From the NCBI GenBank assembly GCA_963775855.1, contig CAVZKO010000005.1, positions 1,071,846 through 1,135,845 of the forward strand: a stretch of DNA of 64,000 nucleotides, in the 5' to 3' direction. The DNA is from an uncultured Chloroflexia bacterium (GTDB lineage Bacteria; Chloroflexota; Limnocylindria; Limnocylindrales; CSP1-4). Position 1 is the first letter of the stretch, and every line of letters starts with the position of its first letter. Positions 55,040 to 64,000 of this stretch are shown piece after piece. The position numbers and the translations under genes were made by a program. Below the pieces are notes generated by a model, which was not told the DNA's origin, made no database searches, and saw nothing but the letters and a program-made list of their open reading frames with translations.

Positions 55040-57886
55040 GTGCCGAGCCCCGATCCCTTCGACGCCCGGGCCAGCCTCGGCTCCGGGCTACCAGACTATT
55101 ACCGACTCGATGTCCTGGCGGATCGGATCGACCTCCGGGCCGCGCCCGTGACGCTGAAGATCCTCCTCGAGAACGTCGTCCGCCACGCCGGCGGCGGCAT
55201 TGTCCGGGCGCAGGACGTCGAGACGCTGGCCGCATGGCGGCCGGGCGTCGCCGCGGAGGCCGAGGTCCCGTTCATGCCTGCCCGGGTGGTGCTCCAGGAC
55301 TTCACCGGGGTGCCCGCGGTCGTCGACCTCGCGGTCATGCGCGACGCGATGGCCGATCTCGGCGGCGACCCGGCGAGGGTCAACCCGCTCGTCCCTGCAG
55401 ACCTGGTCATCGACCACTCCGTCCAGGTCGATCGGTTCGGCACACCTGGGTCGTTCGCGTTCAACGTCGAGCGGGAGTACGAGCGCAACGGCGAACGCTA
55501 CCAGCTCCTCCGCTGGGCCCAGACCGCGTTCCGTGACCTGCGAGTGGTCCCGCCCGGGACCGGGATCGTCCACCAGGTGAACCTCGAGTACCTCGCGACG
55601 GTAGTCACCGATGTGGAGGCACCGAGCGGGACCGGCCGGATCGCCTATCCCGACACGCTCGTCGGGACCGACTCCCACACGACGATGATCAATGCCCTCG
55701 GCGTTCTCGGTTATGGCGTTGGCGGGATCGAGGCGGAAGCAGTCCTCCTCGGCCAGCCGTTGTACCAGCCGATGCCGCGGATCGTCGGCGTCCGGCTCCA
55801 CGGGACGTTGCCGCGAGGCTCGACGGCGACGGATCTCGTCCTCGTTGTAACCGAGATGCTCCGCTCGTACGGCGTCGTCGGGGCGTTCGTCGAGTTCGCC
55901 GGTGACGGGCTCGCCAGCCTGTCGCTCGCTGACCGGGCGACGATCAGCAACATGAGCCCGGAGTTCGGTGCGACGTCGACGATCTTCCCGATCGATGACG
56001 AGACGATCGCCTACCTCCGTCTGACCGGCCGGAGCGAGGAGCGGATCGCGCTCGTCGAGCGCTATGCCCACGCGCAGGGCCTGTGGCGCGAGCCCGGGGC
56101 CGGGCCCGAATTCGATGCCGCCCTCGAGCTCGATCTTGGCTCGGTGGACCCGGCGGTTGCCGGGCCGCGCCGGCCGCAGGATCGGGTCCCGCTCACGGCC
56201 CTCCGCGACAACTTCCGGACGAACTTTCCGAATGGCCTCCAGGCGCTCGACGACGCGGGCGTGGAGGGCCGCCGACCGCACGGTGGACGGGTCGAGGAGT
56301 CATCGGCCGAGTCATTCCCGGCCAGCGATCCGCCGTCGTTCACTGCGGCCGATGCGACCGAGGAACCGCCTGCGGCGGCCGAACCCGCGACGGAGCCCGC
56401 CAGTCCGGATGGGCGGAGCTACAAGCCCATCACGATCTCCGTCGACGGGCGGGAGGCGACGATCCACACGGGCTCCGTCGCGATTGCCGCTATCACCTCG
56501 TGCACGAATACGTCGAACCCGACGGTCATGGTCGGGGCCGGGCTGCTCGCCCGGAACGCCGTTGCCCGCGGGCTGGCGGTCGGGCCGATCGTCAAGACGT
56601 CACTGGCGCCGGGCTCGAAGGCCGTCACGGGATATCTCGAGGCGGCAGGGTTGATGGCGCCGCTCGAGGCGCTCGGGTTCGCGCTGGCGGGTTACGGCTG
56701 CACGACGTGCATCGGCAACTCCGGACCGCTCGACGCATCGGTCGCGCAGGCCGTCGAGGACCACGACCTCGTCGTCGCGGCGGTCCTCTCGGGAAACCGA
56801 AACTTCGAGGGCCGGATCCACCCCCTGGCCCGGGCCAGCTACCTCGCCTCCCCGCCGCTCGTGGTTGCGTTCGCCCTCGCGGGCCGCGTCGACATCGACT
56901 TGTTGCGCGAGCCGTTGGGCACGGGTTCGGACGGCCGCGACGTCTATCTCGCCGACCTCTGGCCCGAGCCCGAGGAGATCCGCCAGGTCATCGGCGACTC
57001 CATCGACCCCGAGCTGTTCCGGCGGACCTACGCGGTCGTCTTCGAGGGCGACGATCGCTGGCGAGCGCTGCCGATCCCGTCCGGCGACCGCTACGCATGG
57101 GATCCTGCGTCGACGTACATCGCCAAACCGCCGTTCTTCGAGGGCCTCCCGGTCGAGGCGTCACCGTTGACCGACATCGAGAACGCCCGGGTCCTCGCCG
57201 TGCTCGGCGACTCCGTCACCACCGACCACATCTCGCCTGCCGGGTCCATATCGCCATCGTCGCCGGCCGGCCAGTGGCTCCAGGAGCACGGCGTCGGTCC
57301 GCTCGAGTTCAACTCGTACGGCGCTCGTCGCGGGCACCACGAGGTCATGATGCGGGGGACGTTCGGCAACATCCGGCTGCGAAACCGTCTCGTTGAGGGA
57401 ACAGAGGGGCCCTACACGGTCCACCTTCCAGACGGCGAACAGCAGTTCATCTACGACGCTGCGATGCGCTACCGGGCGGAGGGCGTCCCGCTCGTCGTCA
57501 TCGCCGGGCGGGAGTACGGCTCCGGATCGTCCCGCGACTGGGCGGCCAAGGGCACGGCGCTGCTCGGAGTCCGCGCGGTCATCGCCGAGAGCTACGAGCG
57601 GATCCACCGCTCGAACCTCGTCGGGATGGGCGTGCTGCCGCTCCAGTTCCTGCCCGGGGACAGCGCCGCCTCGCTCGGGCTGACGGGCCGCGAGGAGTAC
57701 ACGATCCGCGGCCTTGCTGACGGGCTCAGCCCGCGCCAGCGACTGAAGGTCGAGACGCGCGACGAGCGGGGCACGGAGCGGCGCTTCGAGGCGATCGCCC
57801 GGCTCGACGGCCCGATCGACGTCGGCTACTACGAGCAGGGGGGCATCCTGCCGGCAGTCCTGCGGCGACTCGCGAACGAGTCCTGA
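55040..57886 (+). CDS. acnA: Aconitate hydratase A
   Basis: GTG 5 nt after GGAGA. IDHSVQVD, GTDSHTTMIN, SCTNTSNP, GCTTCIGNSG, NRNFEGR, GREYGSGSSRDWAAKG. Single uninterrupted frame. Confidence 0.95.
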   Translation: MPSPDPFDARASLGSGLPDYYRLDVLADRIDLRAAPVTLKILLENVVRHAGGGIVRAQDVETLAAWRPGVAAEAEVPFMPARVVLQDFTGVPAVVDLAVMRDAMADLGGDPARVNPLVPADLVIDHSVQVDRFGTPGSFAFNVEREYERNGERYQLLRWAQTAFRDLRVVPPGTGIVHQVNLEYLATVVTDVEAPSGTGRIAYPDTLVGTDSHTTMINALGVLGYGVGGIEAEAVLLGQPLYQPMPRIVGVRLHGTLPRGSTATDLVLVVTEMLRSYGVVGAFVEFAGDGLASLSLADRATISNMSPEFGATSTIFPIDDETIAYLRLTGRSEERIALVERYAHAQGLWREPGAGPEFDAALELDLGSVDPAVAGPRRPQDRVPLTALRDNFRTNFPNGLQALDDAGVEGRRPHGGRVEESSAESFPASDPPSFTAADATEEPPAAAEPATEPASPDGRSYKPITISVDGREATIHTGSVAIAAITSCTNTSNPTVMVGAGLLARNAVARGLAVGPIVKTSLAPGSKAVTGYLEAAGLMAPLEALGFALAGYGCTTCIGNSGPLDASVAQAVEDHDLVVAAVLSGNRNFEGRIHPLARASYLASPPLVVAFALAGRVDIDLLREPLGTGSDGRDVYLADLWPEPEEIRQVIGDSIDPELFRRTYAVVFEGDDRWRALPIPSGDRYAWDPASTYIAKPPFFEGLPVEASPLTDIENARVLAVLGDSVTTDHISPAGSISPSSPAGQWLQEHGVGPLEFNSYGARRGHHEVMMRGTFGNIRLRNRLVEGTEGPYTVHLPDGEQQFIYDAAMRYRAEGVPLVVIAGREYGSGSSRDWAAKGTALLGVRAVIAESYERIHRSNLVGMGVLPLQFLPGDSAASLGLTGREEYTIRGLADGLSPRQRLKVETRDERGTERRFEAIARLDGPIDVGYYEQGGILPAVLRRLANES

Positions 57887-57891
57887 CGCCG

Positions 57892-58902
57892 ATGGACGCC
57901 GAGGCCGAGGCGCTACGGGTCGGGATCGGCGACGGGATTGCGCCTCGTCCCGGCGGCGTCGCGTCGGGCCGGCGGCTCTGGGACGACCTGCGGGCGGCCG
58001 TTGGCCTCGCGGTAGTCGGCGCCGACGAGGCTCTCCGCCACGTGACGCTCGCCCTCCTGGCCGATGGGCACGTCCTCGTCGAGGACGTGCCGGGCACCGG
58101 CAAGACGCTCCTCGCCCGGGCCATCGCTCGGGCGCTCGATCTCCGGACGGCCCGGATCCAGGGCACGCCCGACCTCCTGCCGACCGATGTGACCGGGTCG
58201 AGCATCTTCGAAGGCGGCGGCCTTCGGTTCGTCGCCGGTCCCGTATTCACGAACATCCTCCTGGTCGACGAGATCAATCGCGCGACGCCCCGCACCCAGT
58301 CGGCGCTGCTCGAGGCGATGCAGGAACGTCAGGTCTCGATCGAGGGGACGACCCACCAATTGCCCGATCCCTTCGTCGTTCTCGCGACGCAAAATCCGGT
58401 GGAGTTCGAGGGGACGTTCGCCCTCCCCCAGGCGCAGCTCGACCGGTTCCTCGTCCGAGTCCAGGTCGGCTATCCGGACGAAGATGGAGAACGCCGCATC
58501 GCCCGGCGCCACCAGTCCGACGCGGAGCCACTCGAGCGGATCACCCCGATCGCCGATGCCGGGCAGCTCCTCGCGCTGCGCGACGACGTCCGCCAGGTGC
58601 ACGTGAGCGACGAGGTGGAGGCCTATCTCGTAGCCCTGATCCGGGCGACCCGGGAGCACGACGACATCCAGCTCGGGGCGAGCCCGCGGGCGACGGTCGC
58701 GCTGTACCGCGTGGGGCAGGCGGCTGCCGTCCTCGCGGGCCGAGCGTTCGTCCTGCCAGACGACGTCAAGACCGTGGCCGGCGCGGTCCTCGCCCATCGG
58801 CTCGTCGTGGACCTCGACCGGAGCCTCCGCGGGGCGACGCCCGAATCGGCGTTGGCCTCGATCCTCGAATCCGTGCCCGTCCCGCCCCTGCCGGATCGCT
58901 AG
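57892..58902 (+). CDS. MoxR-family AAA+ ATPase
   Basis: Walker A VPGTGKT, Walker B LLVDEINR, LATQNPVEFEGTFALPQAQLDRF. Intact 336 aa. Confidence 0.92.
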   Translation: MDAEAEALRVGIGDGIAPRPGGVASGRRLWDDLRAAVGLAVVGADEALRHVTLALLADGHVLVEDVPGTGKTLLARAIARALDLRTARIQGTPDLLPTDVTGSSIFEGGGLRFVAGPVFTNILLVDEINRATPRTQSALLEAMQERQVSIEGTTHQLPDPFVVLATQNPVEFEGTFALPQAQLDRFLVRVQVGYPDEDGERRIARRHQSDAEPLERITPIADAGQLLALRDDVRQVHVSDEVEAYLVALIRATREHDDIQLGASPRATVALYRVGQAAAVLAGRAFVLPDDVKTVAGAVLAHRLVVDLDRSLRGATPESALASILESVPVPPLPDR

Positions 58903-58908
58903 CGCGCG

Positions 58909-60135
58909 ATGACGGGACAGGCGCTCGCGGCCATCTTCCTGATCCTCGCCGGCACGGCGCTGAACGTGCCGATCGTCATCGCCCTGGGGTTCTTCACGCT
59001 GGTCCTCGAGTCAATCAGGGAGGTCTGGGCCCGCTACGGCCTGCGCCATGTGACGTATGTCCGCAGTCTCGCGATCGATCGGACGACGTGGGGTGACGAC
59101 ATCCCGCTGACGATCGAGGTCTGGAACCGGAAGGGCCTGCCGCTCGCCTGGTTGCGGGCAGAGGACGAGGCGACGCACGGGGTCCTCGTCCGGGAACGAG
59201 AGCTCGTCGAGGGCGTGCACGGTGGCGTGCTGCGGAACTTCTGGACGCTCGCGCCGTGGGAACGGGTGACCCGCTACTTCCATGTCGGGGCGGAGCGGCG
59301 GGGCGTCTTCGTCCTCGGGCCGGTCACCCTCGCCGTCGGCGACCTCGTCGCTCGTCAGGCGGCAACAGAGGGACGCCCCTCGACGACGAGATTCCTCGTT
59401 CGCCCGCGGACCGTCGCCACGCCGGACCTGGAACGACCCGAGCGGTGGGGCGGTGTCGAGCGTGTTCGCGCGGGGCTGACGGAGGATCCGGCCCGATTTG
59501 CCGGCGTCCGGCCGTATGCGCCGGGAGATCCCATCCGGCGAATCCATCAACGATCCAGCGCCCGGCTCGGGCGACCCGTCACGAAGCGGTTCGAGCCGTC
59601 GCGCGACCGGGAGGTGCTGATCGCGCTCGACGTACAGACCGCCCACGGACCCGCCTGGGACCTCGCCTTCGACGATGAGACGGTCGAGCAGCTGTACGTG
59701 GTCGCGGCATCGGTCGCCCGTTCGCTTGCCGCCGAGCACGCCATGTTCGGGATCGCCGCCGCAGGCTACTCGGGCGCCGAGACGCGGCTCGCCCACATCC
59801 CTGTGTCGGCCGCGGCCGGCCAGGCGGAACGCGTCCTCGATCTTCTCGCCCGCCTCTCGTCGCATGCCTCGGCGCCATTCGAACGGCTCCTCGTGTTCAT
59901 CCAGAAGGTCGCTCGCCCGGGCACGACCGTCCTCGTCATCACGGCTCGCGACCCGTCACCGTTCGCGGCCCACCTGCGACGAATCGAACGATCGGGCAAC
60001 CGGGTGGTCGTCCTGGCCTGCGGCCAGTCCGCGAACGACGACGCCGCTCGCGCCCGCGCGTTAGGGTTCGCCGCGCGCAGTGCCCGGCTCGATGGGCCGT
60101 GGCGGACCGCCGAGACGCTACTGGTGGCCCAATGA
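58909..60135 (+). CDS. DUF58 family protein (MoxR partner)
   Basis: N-terminal TM segment and the DUF58 core RPYAPGDPIRRIHQRSSARLGRPVTKRFE ... VLIALD. Intact 408 aa. Confidence 0.85.
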   Translation: MTGQALAAIFLILAGTALNVPIVIALGFFTLVLESIREVWARYGLRHVTYVRSLAIDRTTWGDDIPLTIEVWNRKGLPLAWLRAEDEATHGVLVRERELVEGVHGGVLRNFWTLAPWERVTRYFHVGAERRGVFVLGPVTLAVGDLVARQAATEGRPSTTRFLVRPRTVATPDLERPERWGGVERVRAGLTEDPARFAGVRPYAPGDPIRRIHQRSSARLGRPVTKRFEPSRDREVLIALDVQTAHGPAWDLAFDDETVEQLYVVAASVARSLAAEHAMFGIAAAGYSGAETRLAHIPVSAAAGQAERVLDLLARLSSHASAPFERLLVFIQKVARPGTTVLVITARDPSPFAAHLRRIERSGNRVVVLACGQSANDDAARARALGFAARSARLDGPWRTAETLLVAQ

Positions 60136-61485
60136 GTGGAGCGAAGCCACGGGGCCGGCCGACCGTGGCCCTCCTGCCCGTCGTCCCGCTGGCCCTGGTC
60201 ATCGTCGCGGAGGCCGCCTGGATCTCCGTCGTCGCGGGCCTGGTCCAGGAATTCACGCTGCACCACCCGACGATGAGCATCGCGTTGCTGACCGCGTTCG
60301 TCGCCGCCGGCGTGGTGGCCGCCCGCGTGCTCGGCCCGCGCCTCGGCGAGCGCTGGCCCGTGGTCGGGCTCGGCCTGTGCGTGGCCGGCGGCGCGGCGGG
60401 CTGGCTGAGCCTGCCGGAGGCTCGGGCGGCCCTTGGCGTGGGGGCGGTCGGCGATGCGCTGGCGGCCAATCCGGGCGGTTGGCTCGCGGCGCTCGCGATC
60501 CTCCGCGGATTCGCCCACGCCCGGCTGCCGCTCAGCGAGGAGACCATCGGCCGGCTCCTCGGCGCGGGCGTGCCCGGCCTGGCGATCGCCGCGATCGTCG
60601 GCGGCATGGTCGCCGATCCCTTCCGCGGCCAGTTCCTCGCGGATGCGATCGTCGCGGTGATCGTCTTCGCGACGACGGCGACAGTCGCCCTGGCCCTGAC
60701 CCGGCTGGCTGCCGTCGGCGCCGATTCGGGCTTCGATTGGCGGCGCAATCCAACGTCGGTCGGGCTGCTGGCCGTCCTGGTCCTCGCGGCCGGTGCGCTC
60801 GCGATCCCTGCCGCCTCGATTGCGGCTCCGGCGATCGGATTCGTCGTCGGCGTGTCGATCGTGCCAGCTGCTGCTCATCGGGTTGGTCGTCGGATTCGAC
60901 CGGCGGACTGCCCGACTGCTCGCGCTCGCCCTGGTCGCAGTCGTGGCCATGGCGACCTTCATGAACCTGGTCGGCGGTCCCAGTCCCACGACTGACGACG
61001 TCGTCGCACCGCCGCCTCAGGTGGTCGCCTCGCCGCCCGACGAGGCAATCGCCATCGGCGCCGGCCTGTTGCTCGTTCTCGCGGCGCTCGGGGTCATCGT
61101 CCTGGCGCGGCTGTGGATGCGGCGGATCCCGGCCATCGAGGATGACGTCCGGGAGATACGCATGATCGACCACGGTCGTGAACGACCGCGCTTCGGTCGG
61201 CGAGGCCGCCGTCGCGCGCTGGCTCCCGTCGACGCGGCGACCGCGTACGAGGCCCTCATTGCTGATCTGGCCGATCGGCCGGTCGTGCGACGCGAGCCAG
61301 CGGAAACGCCATCGGAACATGCGCGCCGGCTGCGGGCTGACGGTGCGAGCGATCTCCGCCTGGATCTCCTCGCGGCCGACTATGCCCTCGCCCGCTTCGC
61401 CGGAGTCACGCTCTCGAGTCGCGAGGACCGGCGGGCGCTGAGTCGCTGGCGGGCCCTGCGCCGGCGCCTGGGCCGCCGCCGGTGA
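60132..61485 (+). CDS. Polytopic membrane protein with DUF4129-like C-terminal domain (one frame break near 60860)
   Basis: The ATG at 60132 overlaps the DUF58 stop (ATGA). Several hydrophobic helices (ORF 60099..60995), continued in ORF 60793..61485. The cytoplasmic tail is ...PSEHARRLRADG...LAADYALARFAG. I saw no transglutaminase Cys-His-Asp core. Confidence 0.65.
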
Positions 61486-61544
61486 CGACGCTGCCCGGGC
61501 TTCCGGGTGAGGCGTCGCTTGGCCCTTGCAACTAGGGATGCGCG

Positions 61545-64000
61545 ATGAGCGATACCGACGTGACGCGGTTGCGGCACGATGCACCGATGCACGTCATGAC
61601 CCAGGACGAGGCGGTCGAGCGGGCCCGTCTCATCGAGGTCAATTCGTACGATATCCACCTCGACCTCACCCGAGGCCCCGAGCGCTTCGGGTCCGTCTCC
61701 CGAACTCGGTTCCGCTGTCGCGAGGCAGGCGCCTCGTCGTACATCGAGATCCTCGCGCCGAGCGTTGAGTCGATCGTCCTGAACGGACGCACGATCGATC
61801 CCGAGAGCCTCGTCGGGGACCGCGTCCCGCTCACCGACCTCCTCGCCGAGAACGAGATCACCGTCGTCGCCGACTGCGCCTACTCGACGACGGGCGAGGG
61901 CCTCCATCGCTTCGAGGACCCGGCCGACGGTGAGGTCTACCTCTACACCCAGTCGTTCCTGTACGACGCCCATCGGATCTTCGCCTGCTTCGACCAGGCC
62001 GACCTCAAGGCGACGTTCGAGCTGTCGGTCGAGGCGCCGGCGGACTGGACGGTCATCGGCAACGGTCCAGGGACCAGGACGGGGCCCGGTCGATGGTCGT
62101 TCGAGCGGACGCTGCCGATCTCGACCTACCTCGTGGCCCTCGCAGCCGGTCGCTATCACTCGGTGACGGCGAACCACGACGGGATCCCTCTCGGCATCCA
62201 TTGCCGGCAGTCCCTCTCCCCGTACCTCGAGTCGGAGGAGATCCTCGAGGCGACGCACCAGTCGTTCGATTACTACCACCGCCTGCTCGACATCCCGTAC
62301 CCGTTCGGCAAGTACGACCAGGTCTTCGTACCGGAGTTCAATGCCGGCGCAATGGAGAACGTCGGCTGCGTGACGATCGCCGACGAGTTCGTATTCCGTG
62401 CCCGGGTCACGGACACGTCGCGCCAGACCCGGACCGAGATCATCGCCCACGAGATGGCCCACATGTGGTTCGGCGACCTCGTGACGATGCGCTGGTGGGA
62501 CGACATCTGGCTCAACGAGTCGTTCGCCGACTACATGGCCCATGTCGCCCTCGTCGAGGCCACCCGCTTTCGAGATGCGTGGACGACGTTCTGCTCCTCC
62601 GAGAAGGCGTGGGGCTACGAGCAGGATCAGCTGCCATCGACCCACCCGGTCTCCGGGCCCGTCCCCGACAGCGCATCGGCCATGCTCAACTTTGACGGGA
62701 TCTCGTATGCCAAGGGCGCAGCCGTCCTCAAGCAGCTTGTGGCCTGGGTCGGCTTCGAGCCGTTTCGCGTCGGCCTGCGCGACTACCTGGTGACCCACGC
62801 CTATGCGAACGCGACGCTCGCGGATCTGCTCGCTGCCCTCGAGCGGGCGAGCGGTCGGGAGCTGTCCGGCTGGTCGAAATCGTGGCTCGAGACAGCCGGG
62901 GTCAACACCCTCCGGCCGGAGGTCACAGTGGCTCGCGACGCGGGCGGTCCCGCCAGGTATGAGCGGGTCGTCATCGAACAGACGGCGCCGCCCGAGTGGC
63001 CGACCCTGAGAGAGCACCGCATCGCGATCGGACTGTACGACCTGGACGGTGTACAGCTGGTCCGTCGCGACCGGGTCGAGCTCGATGTGGTCGGCACCCG
63101 GACCGAGGTGACTGCCCTGGCCGGGGTCGTCGAGCCCGACCTGCTCCTCGTCAACGACGAGGACCATACGTGGGCGAAGATCCGGCTCGACGAGCGATCC
63201 ATGGCGACGGTCCTCGACGGTGGCATCGGCCGGCTCGAAGGCTCGCTCCCCCGAGCGCTCCTGTGGGCCGCGATCTGGGACCTGACTCGCGACGCGGAAC
63301 TTGCGCCCGGCGACTACGTGCGGCTCGTCCTCGACGAAATCGTCCGCGAACGCGCCATCGGGGTCGCCGAGGACCTCATCAAGCACGTTCGCGAGTCGAT
63401 CGACCATCTCGGCCGACCTGATCGACGTGAGGAGCGGCTCGGAGCGATGGCGGCCCGCTCGCTCGAGATCCTCCGCGGCGCCGAGCCGGGCGGCGACGTC
63501 CAGCTCGCTCACGCCAGGTCGTTCGGTCGAGCAGCGGCGAGTCCTGATGACGTCGCTCTGCTCGGTCGCTGGCTCGATGGCGTGGACGTTCCCGATGGAC
63601 TCGTGATGGACGTCGAGCTGCGCTGGCTCATCGTTCGCCGGCTCGCGGTCCTCGATGCCATCGACGAGTCGTTCATCCGCGCGGAACTCGACCGCGACCC
63701 GACCTCCTCCGGCCTGGAGCATGCGGCGACAGCCCGAGCGAGCCTGCCGCATCCGGAAGCCAAGACCGCGGCCTGGTCGGCGCTCATCGACTCGGACGCG
63801 CTCTCGAATCATCTCGTCGCCGCGACCGCCCGCGGGTTCTGGCATCCGGAGCAGCAGGACCTGGGGCGGCCGTACGTCGAGCCGTACTTCACGACGATGC
63901 CCCGGATATGGCAGGAGCGGACGCACGAGATCGCGATGACCATGAGCCGCTACCTCTTCCCGGCCGTCCTCGTCGAACCTGCCATGGTCGCCAGGACCGA
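61545..64000 (+). CDS. pepN: Aminopeptidase N (M1 family), 3' end beyond the window
   Basis: Not in the ORF track because no stop lies within the window. My own translation from ATG 61545 gives one continuous frame with GAMEN (FNAGAMENVG), the zinc motif HEMAHMWFGD and WLNESFADY. The 848-aa antisense track ORF 61380..63926 is its shadow. Confidence 0.9.
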   Translation, partial: MSDTDVTRLRHDAPMHVMTQDEAVERARLIEVNSYDIHLDLTRGPERFGSVSRTRFRCREAGASSYIEILAPSVESIVLNGRTIDPESLVGDRVPLTDLLAENEITVVADCAYSTTGEGLHRFEDPADGEVYLYTQSFLYDAHRIFACFDQADLKATFELSVEAPADWTVIGNGPGTRTGPGRWSFERTLPISTYLVALAAGRYHSVTANHDGIPLGIHCRQSLSPYLESEEILEATHQSFDYYHRLLDIPYPFGKYDQVFVPEFNAGAMENVGCVTIADEFVFRARVTDTSRQTRTEIIAHEMAHMWFGDLVTMRWWDDIWLNESFADYMAHVALVEATRFRDAWTTFCSSEKAWGYEQDQLPSTHPVSGPVPDSASAMLNFDGISYAKGAAVLKQLVAWVGFEPFRVGLRDYLVTHAYANATLADLLAALERASGRELSGWSKSWLETAGVNTLRPEVTVARDAGGPARYERVVIEQTAPPEWPTLREHRIAIGLYDLDGVQLVRRDRVELDVVGTRTEVTALAGVVEPDLLLVNDEDHTWAKIRLDERSMATVLDGGIGRLEGSLPRALLWAAIWDLTRDAELAPGDYVRLVLDEIVRERAIGVAEDLIKHVRESIDHLGRPDRREERLGAMAARSLEILRGAEPGGDVQLAHARSFGRAAASPDDVALLGRWLDGVDVPDGLVMDVELRWLIVRRLAVLDAIDESFIRAELDRDPTSSGLEHAATARASLPHPEAKTAAWSALIDSDALSNHLVAATARGFWHPEQQDLGRPYVEPYFTTMPRIWQERTHEIAMTMSRYLFPAVLVEPAMVART

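Overview
This is a very GC-rich bacterial chromosomal segment made up almost entirely of core housekeeping genes. I saw no rRNA, tRNA, CRISPR array, transposase, integrase or phage gene.

Gene order:
- 1-27 kb, all on the minus strand: ligA (partial), an FMN-dependent alpha-hydroxy-acid dehydrogenase, pcrA/uvrD, an LprG-like lipoprotein, and groES-groEL with a near-consensus promoter and a perfect CIRCE operator. Then tatD, metG, a small SnoaL-like ORF, an 11-gene purine block (purA-D-B-C-S-Q-L-F-M-N-H) chained by 4-nt start/stop overlaps, and a GGDEF + HD-GYP c-di-GMP protein.
- 27-32 kb: ssb (+), then a Ca2+/H+ antiporter, rsmI and glutamine-dependent nadE (all -).
- 32-48.5 kb: two convergent peptide/nickel-type ABC transporter operons, an ECF sigma / zinc anti-sigma pair, and a third orphan binding protein.
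- 48.5-55 kb (-): gcvPB, gcvPA, gcvH, gcvT, a Nudix gene and a DUF2520 oxidoreductase, packed as one tight operon.
- 55-64 kb (+): aconitase, then a MoxR ATPase, a DUF58 protein and a DUF4129 membrane protein, then aminopeptidase N (partial).

Main caveat: many clearly essential genes are readable only by switching frame every few hundred bp, while other long genes are intact. Where I checked, the breaks sit in short C/G runs. I read them as assembly indels, not pseudogenes, so gene spans are reconstructions and several ends are approximate.

I found no convincing new protein-coding system. The least explained stretches are two large gene-free gaps. One (27004-27780) holds a three-copy 72-bp tandem repeat with palindromes and a perfect 15-bp hairpin. 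The other (24760-25404) is a hairpin-rich gap upstream of purA. Long alternate-frame and antisense ORFs in the track are high-GC artefacts.
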